A stretch of 64,000 nt of DNA from Camelus dromedarius (lineage: Eukaryota): the NCBI RefSeq assembly GCF_036321535.1, contig NC_087472.1:93126001-93190000 (forward strand). Reading direction: 5' to 3'. Shown piece by piece: positions 39,026 to 52,685 of this stretch (positions are counted from its first letter, which is position 1; every line of letters begins with the position of its first letter). Made by a program: the position numbers and the translations under genes. A model generated the notes under the pieces. That model did not search any database and was not told the origin of the DNA. It worked only from the letters and a program-made list of their open reading frames with translations.

Positions 39026-40689
39026 ATGGTGAGGATGATGATTCCTTTGTCACTCAGAGGATTTAGATAGCTTTCTGTCTTGTGGGAGACATTGATGTGA
39101 ACAGAGAAATGGCCGACACCTACATGTCAACAGTAGAAAGTTGCGTATTTCTTTCTAGAGAAATTAGTACCCCACCATAGTGACCCCTAAATTTATGTCC
39201 AAGCACTCTGTCAGTGGAGGTGTTAAGTGCTTGATGTCTGGGATTTAAATGCAGTTGCTTCCATCCCTCCATCTGCATACCACAGAAGGCACCAAAAAGG
39301 TCTCAGCAGTAACCTGGCGGGAATGGTATAAGCATTTTTGTTTCCTCTAGAGCCCATGTTCCTCTCTACTGTCCATGATTTCTTTGTGCTTCATGCAACT
39401 GACTTTTCTGTGGTATGGTTGGCCTTTAAAAACCCATTCTTACCATTTCCTTAGTTTCACAGCTTCTTTTCTGTGCCATCTTTACTGCTGGTCTCTGTCA
39501 CGGGCTCTTGTCCCATAACTAGCAATGACTTTTCCCCCAAACACATTTTTAAAAATTATATTTGCATTAATTTTGTTTTTTTTTTTCTTAGCCAAGTAGA
39601 TAATATTTAAACTATACATTATGGGTGAGAGATTTTTTTCACACTGAAAAATAGTAAATAATAATAAAAATAACAGTAATACTAAATTAATAACGATTTT
39701 TAAAAGCCTGGGTATATCAAATACATTGTAGAATTAGAAACAAATGCATTTGAGGGTTAGCTATCTGATGCAAGGCAGAAAACACCATGATGAAACATAT
39801 ACTCTTACTTTAATCAACTTGAAAAAAAAGATCAAAATTTAGATTTCCAGAAATCTTTTGAGCAATTCAGATATAGGTCATAACTGGGGAATTTGGGTTA
39901 AGGGACAATATTCAGGCCAAAGGAATTGTTTCAGTTATTTTCATTGGAAGAATATTTCAAACTACTGACAATGTGATTAAGAACCTGAGAATTACTCACT
40001 TGGAAGTCTAGGAATTCCCAGAGATGCCTGCCATCTCACAGCTGTTTAGTGGCAGTGTTACGATGAAAATGTGGTCTCCTGACCTCCTTATTCAAATAAA
40101 ATCTACATAGATGACCGAAAAACTCACCAAGAAAAATCTTTATGGGCATATTTTGCTAATAAGAGAGGGAAGATTTTCCTGATAATCCTTTTCTACTCTG
40201 TAATAAGTATATCTTTTCTGGTTAGACATTAAAAATAAAAAGTTAATTTTTTTCCCAAAAGGAACAGTTCAGTTTTCTTTTGGCTTTTTATTCAGAAAGG
40301 CCTGGGCAACTGGAAAGCATTTTTTGTTCTATTATTTGGGCATCTCATCCAGAAATATACCAAGAGGAACAGGACCATGTGCAACAGTAGGATGATGTTT
40401 TGTTTCACATACAGTGATTTTAGGTACTGTGCTGCCTTTTAAGCTGCAGCTATTTGTTACATTGGTTCTGTTATCTTGTGGCCAGTCAACAATGTGGTAA
40501 CCCTGATCCTTCATAGCTGTTGACAGATGATAATCCTTCAGCTAAATAGCATAGAATATTAGTGTATCTAGATATATTTTTAATTGAGTAACCTTTAGTC
40601 ATTTCAAAAGTAAATTGAGTAAAACATCAAATTAGACTTATAGAAGATATAAACAATAGACATCTCCAAACGGTGTCTATTATAATTTC

Positions 40690-40916
40690 CAGTTAGGACA
40701 GTGATTAAAGTTCAGTCTTGGAATTCAAATGACTGAGCCTTTTGTCCACTGTATTATGCAAGTTTTCTAGCCTCCATAACCATCAGTTTTCTCATCTCTA
40801 AAATGGGGCTAGCAACACTAGTTCATGCCTCTTAAGATTGTTGAGAATATTAAATGAGATGGTTTATGTGACATGTTTAACGCATGTAATGAATTCTTGA
40901 TAAATATTGTCATTAT
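40690..40916 (+). mobile_element. MIR SINE
   Basis: tcagttttctcatctctaaaatgggg...attgttgagaatattaaatgagat. Confidence 0.85.
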
Positions 40917-42647
40917 CCTGAACATTAGAGCAGTGCCACACACAACACGATAAACATCTGCAGGTAATTTAGTGATGGAAAGCAGATGTGCTACATGATT
41001 GAGGAAAGCAGAATAGAAAATACGTCATAAACTCTGCTACTCTAATGTAACTGAAATAATATCATGAGGTCAGATTTTGATAGCATTTTGGAAGAAAGTT
41101 TCCCTCAGGCTTAATTTCACTTAAACATAATTCAAGTTATTGGTTTATCTATGTGATAAAAATTTCTGGCCCATATCTTAAATATTTCTAACAATTTTGG
41201 GTACTAAAAGGCTGGAGGGAAATATACTTTTACACTGTATCCCATAAAACAGACAGAAAAATGCACTAACATTGGAGTTAGTCAGGGAAATAAAGTGGGC
41301 TATTGCTTGAAAGTAGGTAATGTGTAAGCAGTGATTTTAAATACCATCAGGGCCCAGATACATGACAAAAAAAGTCAAGGCGACATTCAGGGGGATAATG
41401 GGACTGTGGTAAATGTGAGACTAATAGGTCTCATCCAAAGGTCTTGAAAATTACACAAACATACTAACAAACCAAATAAAGCAGTTCTGCGGATGAAATT
41501 TGGCCCACAGAGCAAGATTTTGGACCTTTTGTAAGTCTCAAAACTTATTTTTTTCCAGTAGATTATAATTTCTCTAAGAGGTTTGTAATAATAAGGGAAG
41601 ATCAGTAAAAGCAAAAACACCATGGCTTTCCTTTAGCTATGGGAGATTATTAGAAAGGACAAGATACAACTTCGGAGATTCAGTTTCCTGATCTATCAAT
41701 TGTATGTGCTGCATTTTAAGCAACTTTTTAAAAAGTTTCTTTGATACTATTCATTACATGTTTCCTGTGCTGTGTGCCCCTTTGATACATTTTCACCTCT
41801 AATGCCCATGACACAATGATACATATATTATTGTCATGTTATTAATGACAAATCTGAAACAAGAAGAGCCATATTAAGCTGCTTAAAGTTCAAAGCCTGT
41901 AAGCTTTGAAATCAGGCATGTTTCTTAGTCAAAATCCCGTGTGAAAAAATACTGTCTATGATTGGTGCTTTCACTAATGCATTTAAGAGTTAGAAAGCTA
42001 GAAAATTCTAAGTGAGCTATAATTGTATCAAGGAGTAATTTTAGACACCAAAAATTCTAATAAATTTGATTGAAACTCAATCTAATGTGAAAATAAACAC
42101 ATATGATTATGAACTTTTACCTAATAATTATGTTATAATCTTAAATGAATAACCATAGAGTTTGACACCATGAAATTGTTAGATGCCATTTGGTATAAAG
42201 TAAAGTAAATTCTTTAAGTAGTCTACTAATGTTATTATTTCAATTGAATTTCTATGGGGAAAAAAGGGGAAAACTTTACATATTGGAAGATCATAGACAA
42301 TTATGGAACTGAGTTCTTCCTTAGAATCTTGTAAATTTTAAACTTAAAAAAAATCCAAATGCACTTTTATTTTTACCTAGGTAATGCATGCATATCACTA
42401 AAATCAAATACACAATGTTTTTTTTTAGTGAAAACTGTATTGTCATCTTCCTCCGACTCTGACTTCCTTATGTACCTCTCATTGCAGCCACACTCCCCAG
42501 AAGCAACACACTGAATCCTTTCTATATTTTCTCTAGCATTTACCTCCATATCTCTAACTAATGTGCTTAAACTGCTACTTCTTAATTGATCACATCGAGA
42601 CATTTCCAGTGTTACTTTATTGACATTTAAGCTTTCCTAACATTTTC

Positions 42648-42790
42648 TTTACTCATGTTTTTGCAATAAATATTTTCTGGGCACCTACTATGTGCTGAGG
42701 ATTTTCTAGGCTCTGGGAGCACAGGGGACTAAAACAGTGGCTTTGCCTCGTGCTTCCATTCCGGTAGGGAAGATACATGGTAAAGGACCA
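42648..42790 (-). mobile_element. L2 3' end
   Basis: aaatattttctgggcacctactatgtgc...ctaggctctggga. Confidence 0.75.
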
Positions 42791-43289
42791 CAGGTGAGAG
42801 AAGAACAATAGGCAGGACACTGTGTGAGGGGAATGGGAAGTTTTTCCTCTTCACAGTTTCTCAATATAATTAATCCAAATATTTTCTGCTTAATCAAGTA
42901 GTGTATTTCAACACACTTCCTTTCTCATATCACTTTTCATTTTTACTAGTATCCATGGTGGCCTTATTATCTATTGGTATTTTTCTCCAGATGCTCCATC
43001 AGATCTCTCAAGTCTATTGCTAGTTTTTCTCCAAGTGATCAAACATAATTCTTAATACTTCTGCAGTTATGTTTTATTTCCCCAGATTCCTTCCTCCCTC
43101 TGCTGTCCATCCTTTCTCTTCAGGTTCAACTATTGCTCTCAGATGCTTGCACTCCTTGTCATTCTGGGACATTATTCCACACTTGACTTGAATCTCCTTT
43201 TTACTGATTGCCTGTTTCCCTCTTGCTCACTTTCTCACTAAAGCACATCTTCTGGAAGGTAGACTATTTTAATCCTTGCACGTCTGACT

Positions 43290-44142
43290 TTATCATTAAT
43301 CTGCCTTTTCCAAACCTGCACCCTCCCCCCACTTCATTAAAAGACCATCCCATCCTTTTCATTATTCAAACATCCTGGACTCCTCTCTCTCTCTGATGTT
43401 CCACATGCAATCCATCCACAAACCAATTCCACTGGCCTTCAGGAGAGGTCTAGAATTATCTAGAATCTGACCCCTTCATGCCATCTCCACTGACTAGCAC
43501 TTTGGTACAGCCACCATTATCTTTTACCTTGATTATTCCCATTGCCTTCTACTTGTTTCTGCCCTTGTTCTGTTTCATTCAGTTCTCACAAAAGCTGCCA
43601 GGTAATCGCTTTAAAACCTAAGTCAAATATGTCCTTCTGTTCAAAAGTCTTCAGTAGCATCCCACCTCACTCACAGTAAAAACCTACATCCTACCCATGG
43701 CCTACAGTGCCCTACATGATCCACACTTGGTCTCATCTCCTACAACTCTCCCACTTGCTTACCCTGCTTAAGCCGTACCAGCCTCTTGGAACTTGTGGAA
43801 CATTCCTGACATGCTCCTACCTCAGGGTTTACTCCACTATCACTTCCTTCAATTCCTTGATTAACTGTAACCTCAGAACATCTTTCCTGAACAACAAATT
43901 TACATCCTAAAAACCTCCACCTGCTCCTGAAAACACCCAATCTCAATTCTCTGATTGATTTTTATGTTACTTATCATCCTATGGTATTCTCTGTAATTTA
44001 CTTAGGCATTTTGTTTACTGTCTATAGTCCACACACTAAAATACAACCTTTATGAGAGCAGGCCTTTAAAATTATTTGTTTACAGCTTTAGTGTAACTAG
44101 GTACTTACTATTTGCTAAATCAACTGTAAAAATGATTGAATG
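43290..44142 (+). mobile_element. L2a LINE 3' portion
   Basis: agaatctgaccccttc...ccatctccactg...agccaccattatct...acctcagggttt...ttatgagagcagg...atgattgaatg. Confidence 0.9.
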
Positions 44143-44599
44143 TTTGAATTGTATAAAATTCATAGCTGAAAATAAGTTTTGTTTTTTTTTAACACTTTGA
44201 TACATTTATTCGTTACATGCTGTTGAAAAGCCAGGTTACAGTCTGATTACTGTTCTTCTGGATTTGTAATATTAGAATTTTCTCTTCATTTTGTTTTTTC
44301 TCTCTTTTTGGTATTATGAAAATTTTTCATTTATTATGCTAGCCACTTAGAGTTCTTTGATTTGAAAAACCATTATCCTTCAGGTGGAAACGTTCCCTGG
44401 TGGCTTTAATAATTTATCTCCCATTTTCCTTAGTTCTTTCTTGGTGAAAGAACTGTTCACCAGGTAGTGGGCCGCCTACACTGATCCTCTAATTTCCTTA
44501 GCTTTCTTTCCCCCTCTCTTCTGTGTCATGATATTTTTCTTCTGCTTTTTGGGAGATTACTAGACTTTATCTTCCAGCCTGTTCCTGTCAATTAAGAAT

Positions 44600-44830
44600 C
44601 CATTCTTCTACTCTCGGAAATAACAAAAGTATAGTAGCTTAAACAAAAATTATTTTTCTTTTTTTCTTTGTGCATCTCATGATGCAAAATGTCTGGGTCT
44701 AGGCAGTTCAAAAATGAAACAAGTTCAATGATGTCATCAGATATAGAGTCTTTTCATCTTTCTGAGTACAATTTAAAAAAATAAGGATCTTGATCTGTGT
44801 TGCAGACAGGGGAAAGGAAGAAGGTAGACA
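44600..44830 (-). mobile_element. Old MaLR (MLT1J-like) fragment
   Basis: aataacaaaa...agtagcttaaacaaaa...taggcagttca...ttcaatgatgtcatcag. Confidence 0.55.
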
Positions 44831-45330
44831 GAAGAGAAGGGAATGAAGAGCAAGAGGATGAGAGCAAAGGAGTTTTCCTCCTTGGAGGCATTGCCTTTAT
44901 TTCAGCCCAAACAGCAAAAGACAAAATACAGGAAAAAGAGACTTTGGAGAGAAAACATTCTCTTACAAGTTCTATTGCCTTATCCTTAGCTATCAGATTT
45001 GAAACATCTACCTTATTTTCTGATATTCCTTTTGCTCAACTTCCTGTTTTTATTTAACCCATGAAATGCCACATCTTATTTTAGCATATTGTTATATTGA
45101 TAGCATTTTTATTTTCATTTTCTTCTTGTGTTGTATCTCTTGCATATTTTCTTCTTCCAACAATTTTTTTCTTCTTTTATTGAGTAATTTGTTTTTAACC
45201 TGTGTCTTCTGTATGACAAAAGTGTCTCCAATGTATAGTGATCTTTGTTGATCTCTTTATATTTAAGGCATTAAAAAAAATCAATTGTTATTTCCATATC
45301 CATGGGAATTGTTGATAGAGGTTTCCTCTA

Positions 45331-45795
45331 GAGCAGTTGGCAGACTTTCTGAGAAGGGCCAGAGAGAAATATTTTAGGCCTCATGGACAACATGTTCTCT
45401 GTTACAACCACTCCACTCTGCTACTGTAGTGTAAGAACAGCCATAGACAATTGCCAATGGATGGATATGGTTGATTTCCAGTTAGTTTATATACTGGGGG
45501 AAAGGGAGTGGGAAGGGATAAGTTTGGGAGTTTGAAATTTGGAAACGTTAACCACTATATATAAAAACAGATTAAAAAACAAATTTCTTCTGTATAGCAC
45601 AGGGAACTATATTCAATATCTTGTAATAACCTTTAATGAAAATATGAAAACAAATATATGTATATGCGTGACTGGAACATTATGCTGTACACCAGAAACT
45701 GACACATTATGACTGACTATATTTCAATTTTTTTTTTAAGTTCATATGCAAAACAGGCTGCAGGCCAGATTTGGTTTACCAGACAGAGTTATGGA
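45331..45795 (+). mobile_element. MER58A split by a young L1 3' end
   Basis: aagggccagagagaaatattttaggc...caaccactccactctgc...cagccatagacaat | caaaacaggctgcaggccagatttgg. Confidence 0.88.
45495..45738 (+). mobile_element. Young lineage-specific L1 3' UTR fragment
   Basis: ggggaaagggagtgggaagggata...ctgtatagcacagggaactatattcaatatcttgtaataacc; imperfect TSD agtttatatac / agttcatatgc. Confidence 0.92.
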
Positions 45796-47077
45796 GTAAT
45801 TAGTTGAGGAACTATGTTTTCCTTATCGGTTAACATTTTCTCTGTGGATATTCAGTTTCTCCAGAAGAGAAAAGTCTAATTTTCTGTCTGATAGTATTTG
45901 AGTGGTGTGTTGAGACACTGGTAGAAGCAGCTGTATTTCTCAATATTTAGGCTGTAGGCATCTCCCAGTTTTATGTTACATGCCTCTCTCATCCTGCCAG
46001 AATCTAGGCTCTCTGATACTTGTTTTCTCCACAGAAAAGCCTCTAGCATTTCAAAGTTTTGTGATTGGGATAGTCACCTGACTGCTTCACCTAAGCTCTC
46101 CCCACTTGCTGTTACCACCAAGTCCTATGCCTTCCATTATTCTGCAAATATACTTGTTACTCATCAGTACCTCCTGCTATAACACTTAGGTTTTAACTTC
46201 CTTAGCTTCCCTTAATGAAGTCTAACTTCCTTATGCCTTTCCTCTTTCAAAAATTGGATGACATATCTTGTCCATTGTTATCCCCTCTTCCATTCCTAAT
46301 TTCTTTCTTGGTTTGTAAAATTTTCAATTCCTTTACTGTCATTTTAGTGAAGTTTCGGGAGGGAACAGAATTAAATGCGCATACTTAGCCATATTTAACT
46401 AGAGGTATGTGGGTTCTTTTTATAAAACAGCAAGGATCACATAATATTGAAAGTGAGATGGAAAAATAGAAAACACCCAAGCTATGATAGCCAGATGGAA
46501 TATTTCATTGTGGTACACAAGAAGTATCATAACATTCTGCATTAGTGCATCCGTTTTTAGCCAGGATTCAGTCTGCAATTTAAATGTAATCCATCAAATT
46601 TGAGTATGATAAAAACACTATATCAAAGCATCTTGAGTAGAACTCATATCATAGTATAGTGGCTATGTTCTATGTTGGATTCTCATTTGCTTATATAGTA
46701 TGTCTTATGAGTTCTAAGAATTCCTTCCATAGTCATGGAAAACTAGAGGAAGGATTGTGCAAAGCTTATTGGAGAGCAAAGCCTCATTAATAATATAATT
46801 GATTGTCATTTTATTTTAAAAGTCAACATGAAAATTGCATTTGTAGAAAGTACAGTTTTTGCATATTTTAATATTTATTAAAATAAATATCCCATTGTAA
46901 AGGATTTTTGAAACTAGAGAAGAGGAGCAACAAAACTGAGATAGATAATGAGAAAAATAATTGGCAAGACCTGAAGAGAGACAGTTATCTTAAGTATACC
47001 TGTTTCGAGGATACTCATTAATTCCTCATTCATTAATGATGTGGCATATATTTATTAAGCATGCAATATAGTCAGAA

Positions 47078-47330
47078 AGATAACGTGGTATATTGGAAAA
47101 ATCAGTGACTGTAACAAACCACAGTGTGGAGTTCACATTAAGGTTAAGCATGTACTGACTGTTACAATGGCAAGTTATTTAAAAATCATCTTTATGTTCA
47201 CATTTTAAAAAAAAAAATTGGGAAAAGTAATACTTCTTCTATTTGGTCATAGTAAAAATTAATAAAGTGAGCTATGATATGTGCCAGCAGTATCTTATAA
47301 GTCATAAAGGAGTTCAGTATAGTTTAGTTG
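47078..47330 (+). mobile_element. Degenerate MIR
   Basis: gtggtatattggaaaaa...ggcaagttatttaa...ggagttcagta. Confidence 0.55.
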
Positions 47331-48590
47331 GCTGTGGAGGTCGGCACACTCAGGATATTAGATCTGGACCTGTAGACCCCACCTTGGTAATGCAGTTGTT
47401 AATCTGAGGCTCAAAACAGCAAACTGATTAAGTAGCATCTTTTGCAGAGTTACTTTATTTCTGTCTGAATGTTCTACATGGTAGAAGTGATTAGTGCTTA
47501 GTACAGTGACTGGTATATAATAAACACTTTAGAAATATTTGCTGGTTGAATTGGATTTGACTTTTGTTCTTTCCTTAGACTAATTTAATTTGATAACATC
47601 CCAAGAACAACCAGAAGCTCAGTTTGACCAAGTCTTTTATACTCTTTGCCCATTGGTTTCTTTAGAGGTTTTTACAACCTGATTTGCTTTTGACTTTTAT
47701 AAAGAAATGTCATTAATATTGAAAACATACTTTTCAATTATTTAAAAGCACTAATGAATATAAATCTCAAAGAAGAAGCATTTTAGTTCTCTCATAATTA
47801 ACTTGTCTAATATACTATCCATTTGACTGAAAAACTGAAGAGGCAAGTTATAGGATTCATTAAAATATACACAAGCACTAATGACAAAATATAAAAATGT
47901 CAAGACATACATTATACTTAGAATGATGGAAAAAACACTACTTTGAGGTATTTTGAGGCATAATTTTTACCATTTTGTCAGATACATTTCTTTCCTATAC
48001 ATTTTCACTGCCACTGTGGCCTCCATATTGTCTGTTTTCAGGCAACCTTGGCAGGATCTTAAATTTTTCCGTATTTTCCGTGTATCTTTCTAAAAGTACT
48101 CCCTCTTCTACCTGTGAGATTCCTAATGTTTGTCAGTTGTTGGTCTTCAAGACAAGGTAGACAAGGGCTTGATCATGTGTAGCTGTTTTCTTGTTGACTT
48201 CTCTACTTGTCACTAATTAAGTAAAAACATTGCTTCTACATGAATTTCTCAAACATAACTCCTCTAATCAAAATCCTTAACTGTACAGAATATTCTTTCC
48301 ACTGTAGTCAGATTAGACTTCAGGTTCAACTGTTGCTTTTCCACATTCCCAACCTGATAATGTCAATTTAATCAACAGCCTGTGGAATACGTTATTTGAT
48401 AATCCTAGCTCATAGAAATGTGTTTTGAGCTTCTATTGAGATAGGTATAACTTTATGTGTATTCTTGTATTATTATTTTTTTTGCACTTATAAGTTAAAG
48501 TTGCATATAGTTTTGCTTACACGAATTACTTTCTTATTTCATACAACAATTTTTCTTTAGGTATTCCCATTCAAAACTCTGGCCTAGGGT

Positions 48591-48749
48591 GGGGAGGTTA
48601 TAGCTCAAGTGGTAGTGCACATGCTTAGCATACACAAGGTCCTGGGTTCAATCCCCAGTACCTCCTCCAAAAGTAATTAAGTAAAACCTAATACCTCACC
48701 CCCAAGAAAAAAATGTTTTTAATTGAAAAAAATAAACCAACAAAAAACC
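48591..48749 (+). mobile_element. tRNA-Ala(AGC)-derived SINE (camelid vic-1 type)
   Basis: ggggaggttatagctcaagtggtag...cttagca...ggtcctgggttcaatccccagtacctcc, A-rich tail, TSD core ctctggcct at 48577-48585 and 48750-48758. Confidence 0.95.
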
Positions 48750-49229
48750 CTCTGGCCTGAACCATGACACACGGGAAGACAGAATTATATAGGAAGAAAA
48801 TTTTCATCATAATTCAGCTCTGCTGTAATTAATTATTCAAAGCTCTTTGATTATGCAGATTTACATTCTTTTATGCAGATTTAAATACTTTTAAACATCT
48901 ACTCAGACTTTCTACCTCACTGACAATGCTCTAAGAACATTTTGAAACTTAATTAAAGTGATTAAAACATTGTTTTTTTCTAAGTAATCCTTTATATGAG
49001 CTGGCGCAGGAGTTTCTGATCTTGGGTACTTGTATCCTTGGGTGAACTAACAGCAAAAATGGTGGTCCTTGTGTTATGCTTAGTTGTTTGAAAAGCCAAC
49101 TGTAAAGCTCTACATTTTCATAAGCTGAGATTGCAGTATTCAAGTGAAACCTGACATTCCTTTGTGTTTTTCCTCCTGAAAGTCTCTGTATTGTGTGTTA
49201 GCTGGTTATCTCAGCTTACTTGAAACTGT

Positions 49230-49920
49230 GACTGTTCTTTTTGACTCTAATGAAGTTGAGAAAGTGAATTATTACTAAGCAGTTTATTGGGAGGAAACAC
49301 ATTCAGAACATGAAATCTGAGGATTAAACTAGGAAGAATTGAAGGTATTAATGTTGGGGAAATCTGAGATAATGTATTTCAGAATGTACTCTTGATGTGG
49401 CCTATGGACTGGTTTATGAGACCCAGAGATAATGGAATAAGTGACCCTTGACTTAGTTATATAGCATGTGAAATTCAAGAATGTTCTTGGATGTGGCTGT
49501 AATTATTCTCTGGAATGGAGGGTAACAAATACCTATTCCCGAGTGCTCTGTACTGCAATGGTCTCTGTGAACTTGGTGTGTATTACACAACTAAGTTTGA
49601 TGAGGAACTCCTGATCTAGATGAATTTTTATGCCTTATATATCCAGACACAACTTCATTAAGATTTAATTCAAGTTATATACATAAAACTGTGCACAGAA
49701 CAAGAAATTTAGGCTTCCATAATGTCTGAGAGGGACCCTCTGTCACTTATACATTCTCATCCTCAGCATGCACCTGCCTGGTAAGGATCTTGGGCTCCAG
49801 TAACTTGGCCACCTACTCCTACTGCATGGATTGCCTTTTGTGATAAATAAAGCTTATTTGATTTACCCAGTCAGTGTCAGTGCACTATTGTTCCATCAGT
49901 ACAAGGATATTGTTGACTCA
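49230..49920 (+). mobile_element. Possible ancient LTR, family not identified
   Basis: LTR-like 3' layout only: aataaagctt followed by a TG-rich U5-like tract. No family match recalled. Confidence 0.3.
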
Positions 49921-50699
49921 TGTCAGTACAGTTATCAAAGAAGTGCTAGGAATATTTAACTATAAAACTACTACTTTGAAAAGTGATACTAAAACAAAGA
50001 AACCAGCCAGAAACACCATCAGAAAGAACAAACTAGATTAAGGATAAAGTTGCTTGTAAGTTGTAGAATAATTTTTTTCAATTTTTTCTAATATACATTT
50101 ATCAGGGGAAGTTATAATGATAATTGAGGGAGTATAGATGATACTGACTACAACATAAACAGTAAACCTCAGCAGCTTTTTAAATTTTTCTTTGCTTCCT
50201 TCCAGTCTTCACCTAGTAGTACAGATTTGATGTAATTGTAGTCAAAATTCACAGTTTAAATAACTGGATACTATTATAACCAATGGATATACTATCAATC
50301 ATTTAAATATTTGTTTTTTCTTTTTTTCTCTTCAATTTTCCTATTGCATAGAGAATATAACATAAAAATTTCCTTAAATTTGTCATTACATAATGATTTT
50401 TCAGATGGCATGTAAGAGTGACCATATTTAGAAGGTAGTGGATGATAAAAAGAACAGGAAAGAAGCCAGGTGATCACAAGTAAAGAGCAACGAGGAAACA
50501 CTAAACAAAACAAGTGGTCCAAGTCCTTCTACATAGGACTTATATTCTGGTAATGACCTATGAGCCTTAACTTTTACATTTTATTTCAGTTTAAATTGAC
50601 GTAAGATATTAATCAAACTTTGTTACACAAATTGGTGTTTTTTAAAGTGAAAAGAGATCCTTACCATCTCAAGGATATAATGAAGATTCTGCGGTCAAA

Positions 50700-50852
50700 A
50701 CTGTCCCATTGTTACCCTGTTACTGAAATTAGAAAAAGATACCGTAAGAAAAGAAAACTGTAGACCAATATTTCTCATCAATCTAGATGCAAAATTCCTT
50801 AACAAAATTTTAGCTAATGGACTCCAGCAGATTGTAAAGAAAATTATATGTA
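50700..50852 (+). mobile_element. L1 ORF2 RT N-terminal fragment
   Basis: Translates as RKENCRPIFLINLDAKFLNKILANGLQQ, similar to L1 [27 protein letters not shown]. Confidence 0.9.
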
Positions 50853-51009
50853 TACAGATCATCTCTCTCCTCCTTCCCCAACTCATCTGTCTATCTACAT
50901 ATCTATCTAGAACCTAAAGACACTAACCATTCTTCTGATATGAACATATACATAAACATACATAAGATTTTCTTTACTGTCTGAATCTTTTACCGATTTT
51001 ATAAAATAC

Positions 51010-51128
51010 ATGTTTTATTTTAGAATAGTAGATTTACATGAAAACTATGAATATAATATATACAATTCCCATATACCTCCACTCCCAGTGTTCCCTATTA
51101 ATGTCTTACATTGATATGGTACATTTTT
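51010..51128 (-). mobile_element. L1MC/MD-type extreme 3' end
   Basis: ttttattttagaatag...agatttaca...ttcccatatacc...cttacatt...tatggtacattt. Confidence 0.7.
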
Positions 51129-51154
51129 TGTACCATATGTGAGGTATTTACTAA

Positions 51155-51665
51155 TAAAAATGTAAGTTCACACAAAGACTCATACTCAAGTGTTCAAACC
51201 ACTTCTATGTAAAGTACACCCAGACTGGAAACTGCTCAATTGTCCTTCAATGGGTAAATAATAAACAAATTATAATGTATCCATACAAAGGAATATCATT
51301 CAGAAAAAAATACTGCTACATTTAATAACATGGGTGACACTCAAAAGCATTATGCTAAGTGAAAGAATCTAGACAGGAAAGCCTACATATTTTCTCATTC
51401 AGTTCATATGAAACCTAGACAAGGAGAAAGCACGCTAGAAAAAAAGGTCAGTGTTTGCCAGGGGCTGTGATGGAATGAGGAGATTGAATACAGAGGGGCC
51501 AGAGGAAACTTTAGGGAGATGGATATGTGGTATATATTTATTGTGGTGGTTTTACACGACTGTATGCATTTGTCAAAACTGAATATGTATTGTCAGAACT
51601 ATATGCTTATCATGGGTGAATTTTAATATATGCCAATCATATCTCAATAAAGCTGATTTAAAAAT
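51155..51665 (+). mobile_element. L1MB8-like 3' UTR
   Basis: gttcacacaaagact...cattatgctaagtgaaagaa...tgccaggggctg...tatgcatttgtcaaaact...tctcaataaagctga. Confidence 0.88.
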
Positions 51666-52057
51666 AACATGGTAAGTGTTATGATGGAGGTCATAGAACT
51701 CTGCTGCATGGAGGCACAGAAGAGTGCATAGTCTCCCACCTGGCTGTTCAAATAGGCATGCTTAAGGAGATGAAGTTTATTTTATAAGCCTTGAAAGATG
51801 AATATGGATTGTTAATAATGAAAGACAGAGTGGTATTTCAGATAGAAGATTCCTGCAAATCACTAAAAATAAATAATGCACTTATTCTTGGTTTTAGTGA
51901 TTTTTATATTAGAAGAATAGTTAGCGTCTCTAAGTTCTTGATAGAATAAAGAAAATTCAGACTCTTATCCTTGGGTGATACCTATTTGTAATTATTTAGG
52001 CTCTGTATAAATGTATACCTTTCCTTGTCATTAAGCAAATTTTTAACATAGCATATA

Positions 52058-52685
52058 GTAATAGTCAGTCCTGTTTCAGTTGCAAGTGGCAGAAATTCAA
52101 TTTAAACTGATTACAAAGTGAGTTACTTATTTATGCACAAGTAACAGAAAAATCCAAGGGTAGACCTATTCTCAGGTTCACCTGGGTCAGGTTGGTAAAA
52201 TGATGCTGTCAAGAATCTTGTCAGTTGCTTTTTATCTCTTAGGCTTGCTTTCTTCCATTTAAAATTTATTCTCAGATAGGTTTCCTTCCAAGAATAAAGT
52301 TACTATATAATTTATTATCCACGGCAGGACAATGTAATTACTAAGTATACCGGGACCACAGGTGTAGGACTGCCCTGGGTAACTGGGATGTATAGAGACC
52401 ATAACAGCAGCCTCAGTGGAAATATTTCTTTCCTAATGTTCCAGCAAAACCATTTAGTTGATTCTCATTTTGGGTTACTTGAGCATTCCTGAACCAAAAA
52501 CTGTGGCAGGGAAGATGCAGTACCCTGAAAGGCCAGCCTAGGACATTTGCTTGTCTCTACAGCCAACGTAAGCTCAACAAATTCCAGAAACAGGTATGTG
52601 GACAGATTTGGTTGTCTAAAGGACAATGAAGATTCTATTATCCAAAGAAGGAGCAATGGATAATAGGTTAACAAGGATGTCTACA
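52058..52685 (-). mobile_element. MaLR LTR (MLT1K-like) containing a MER94-like insertion
   Basis: tttcagttgcaagtggcagaaa...gtaacagaaaaatcca...cctgaaccaa...ctgtggcagggaagatgca...atgtctaca. Confidence 0.8.
52295..52403 (+). mobile_element. MER94-like hAT-Blackjack element
   Basis: tatataatttattatcca...accgggaccacaggtgta...ggactgccctgggtaactgggatgtat. Confidence 0.7.

Larger units (their letters stand above)
42850..46410 (-). mobile_element. Fragmented HAL1-like element hosting L2, MLT1, MER58A and L1 insertions
   Basis: agcacatcttc...ccttgcacgtctga resumes after the L2 as gtataaaattc...tgctgttgaaaagcc...ctgatt; further pieces include ctgatcctctaatttcctta and tttactgtcattttagtgaagtttcgggagggaacaga. 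Confidence 0.6.

Noticed and set aside
48851..48883. Doubled ttatgcagattta (octamer-like) motif
   Set aside because: Each copy mismatches ATGCAAAT; a small local duplication is a sufficient explanation.
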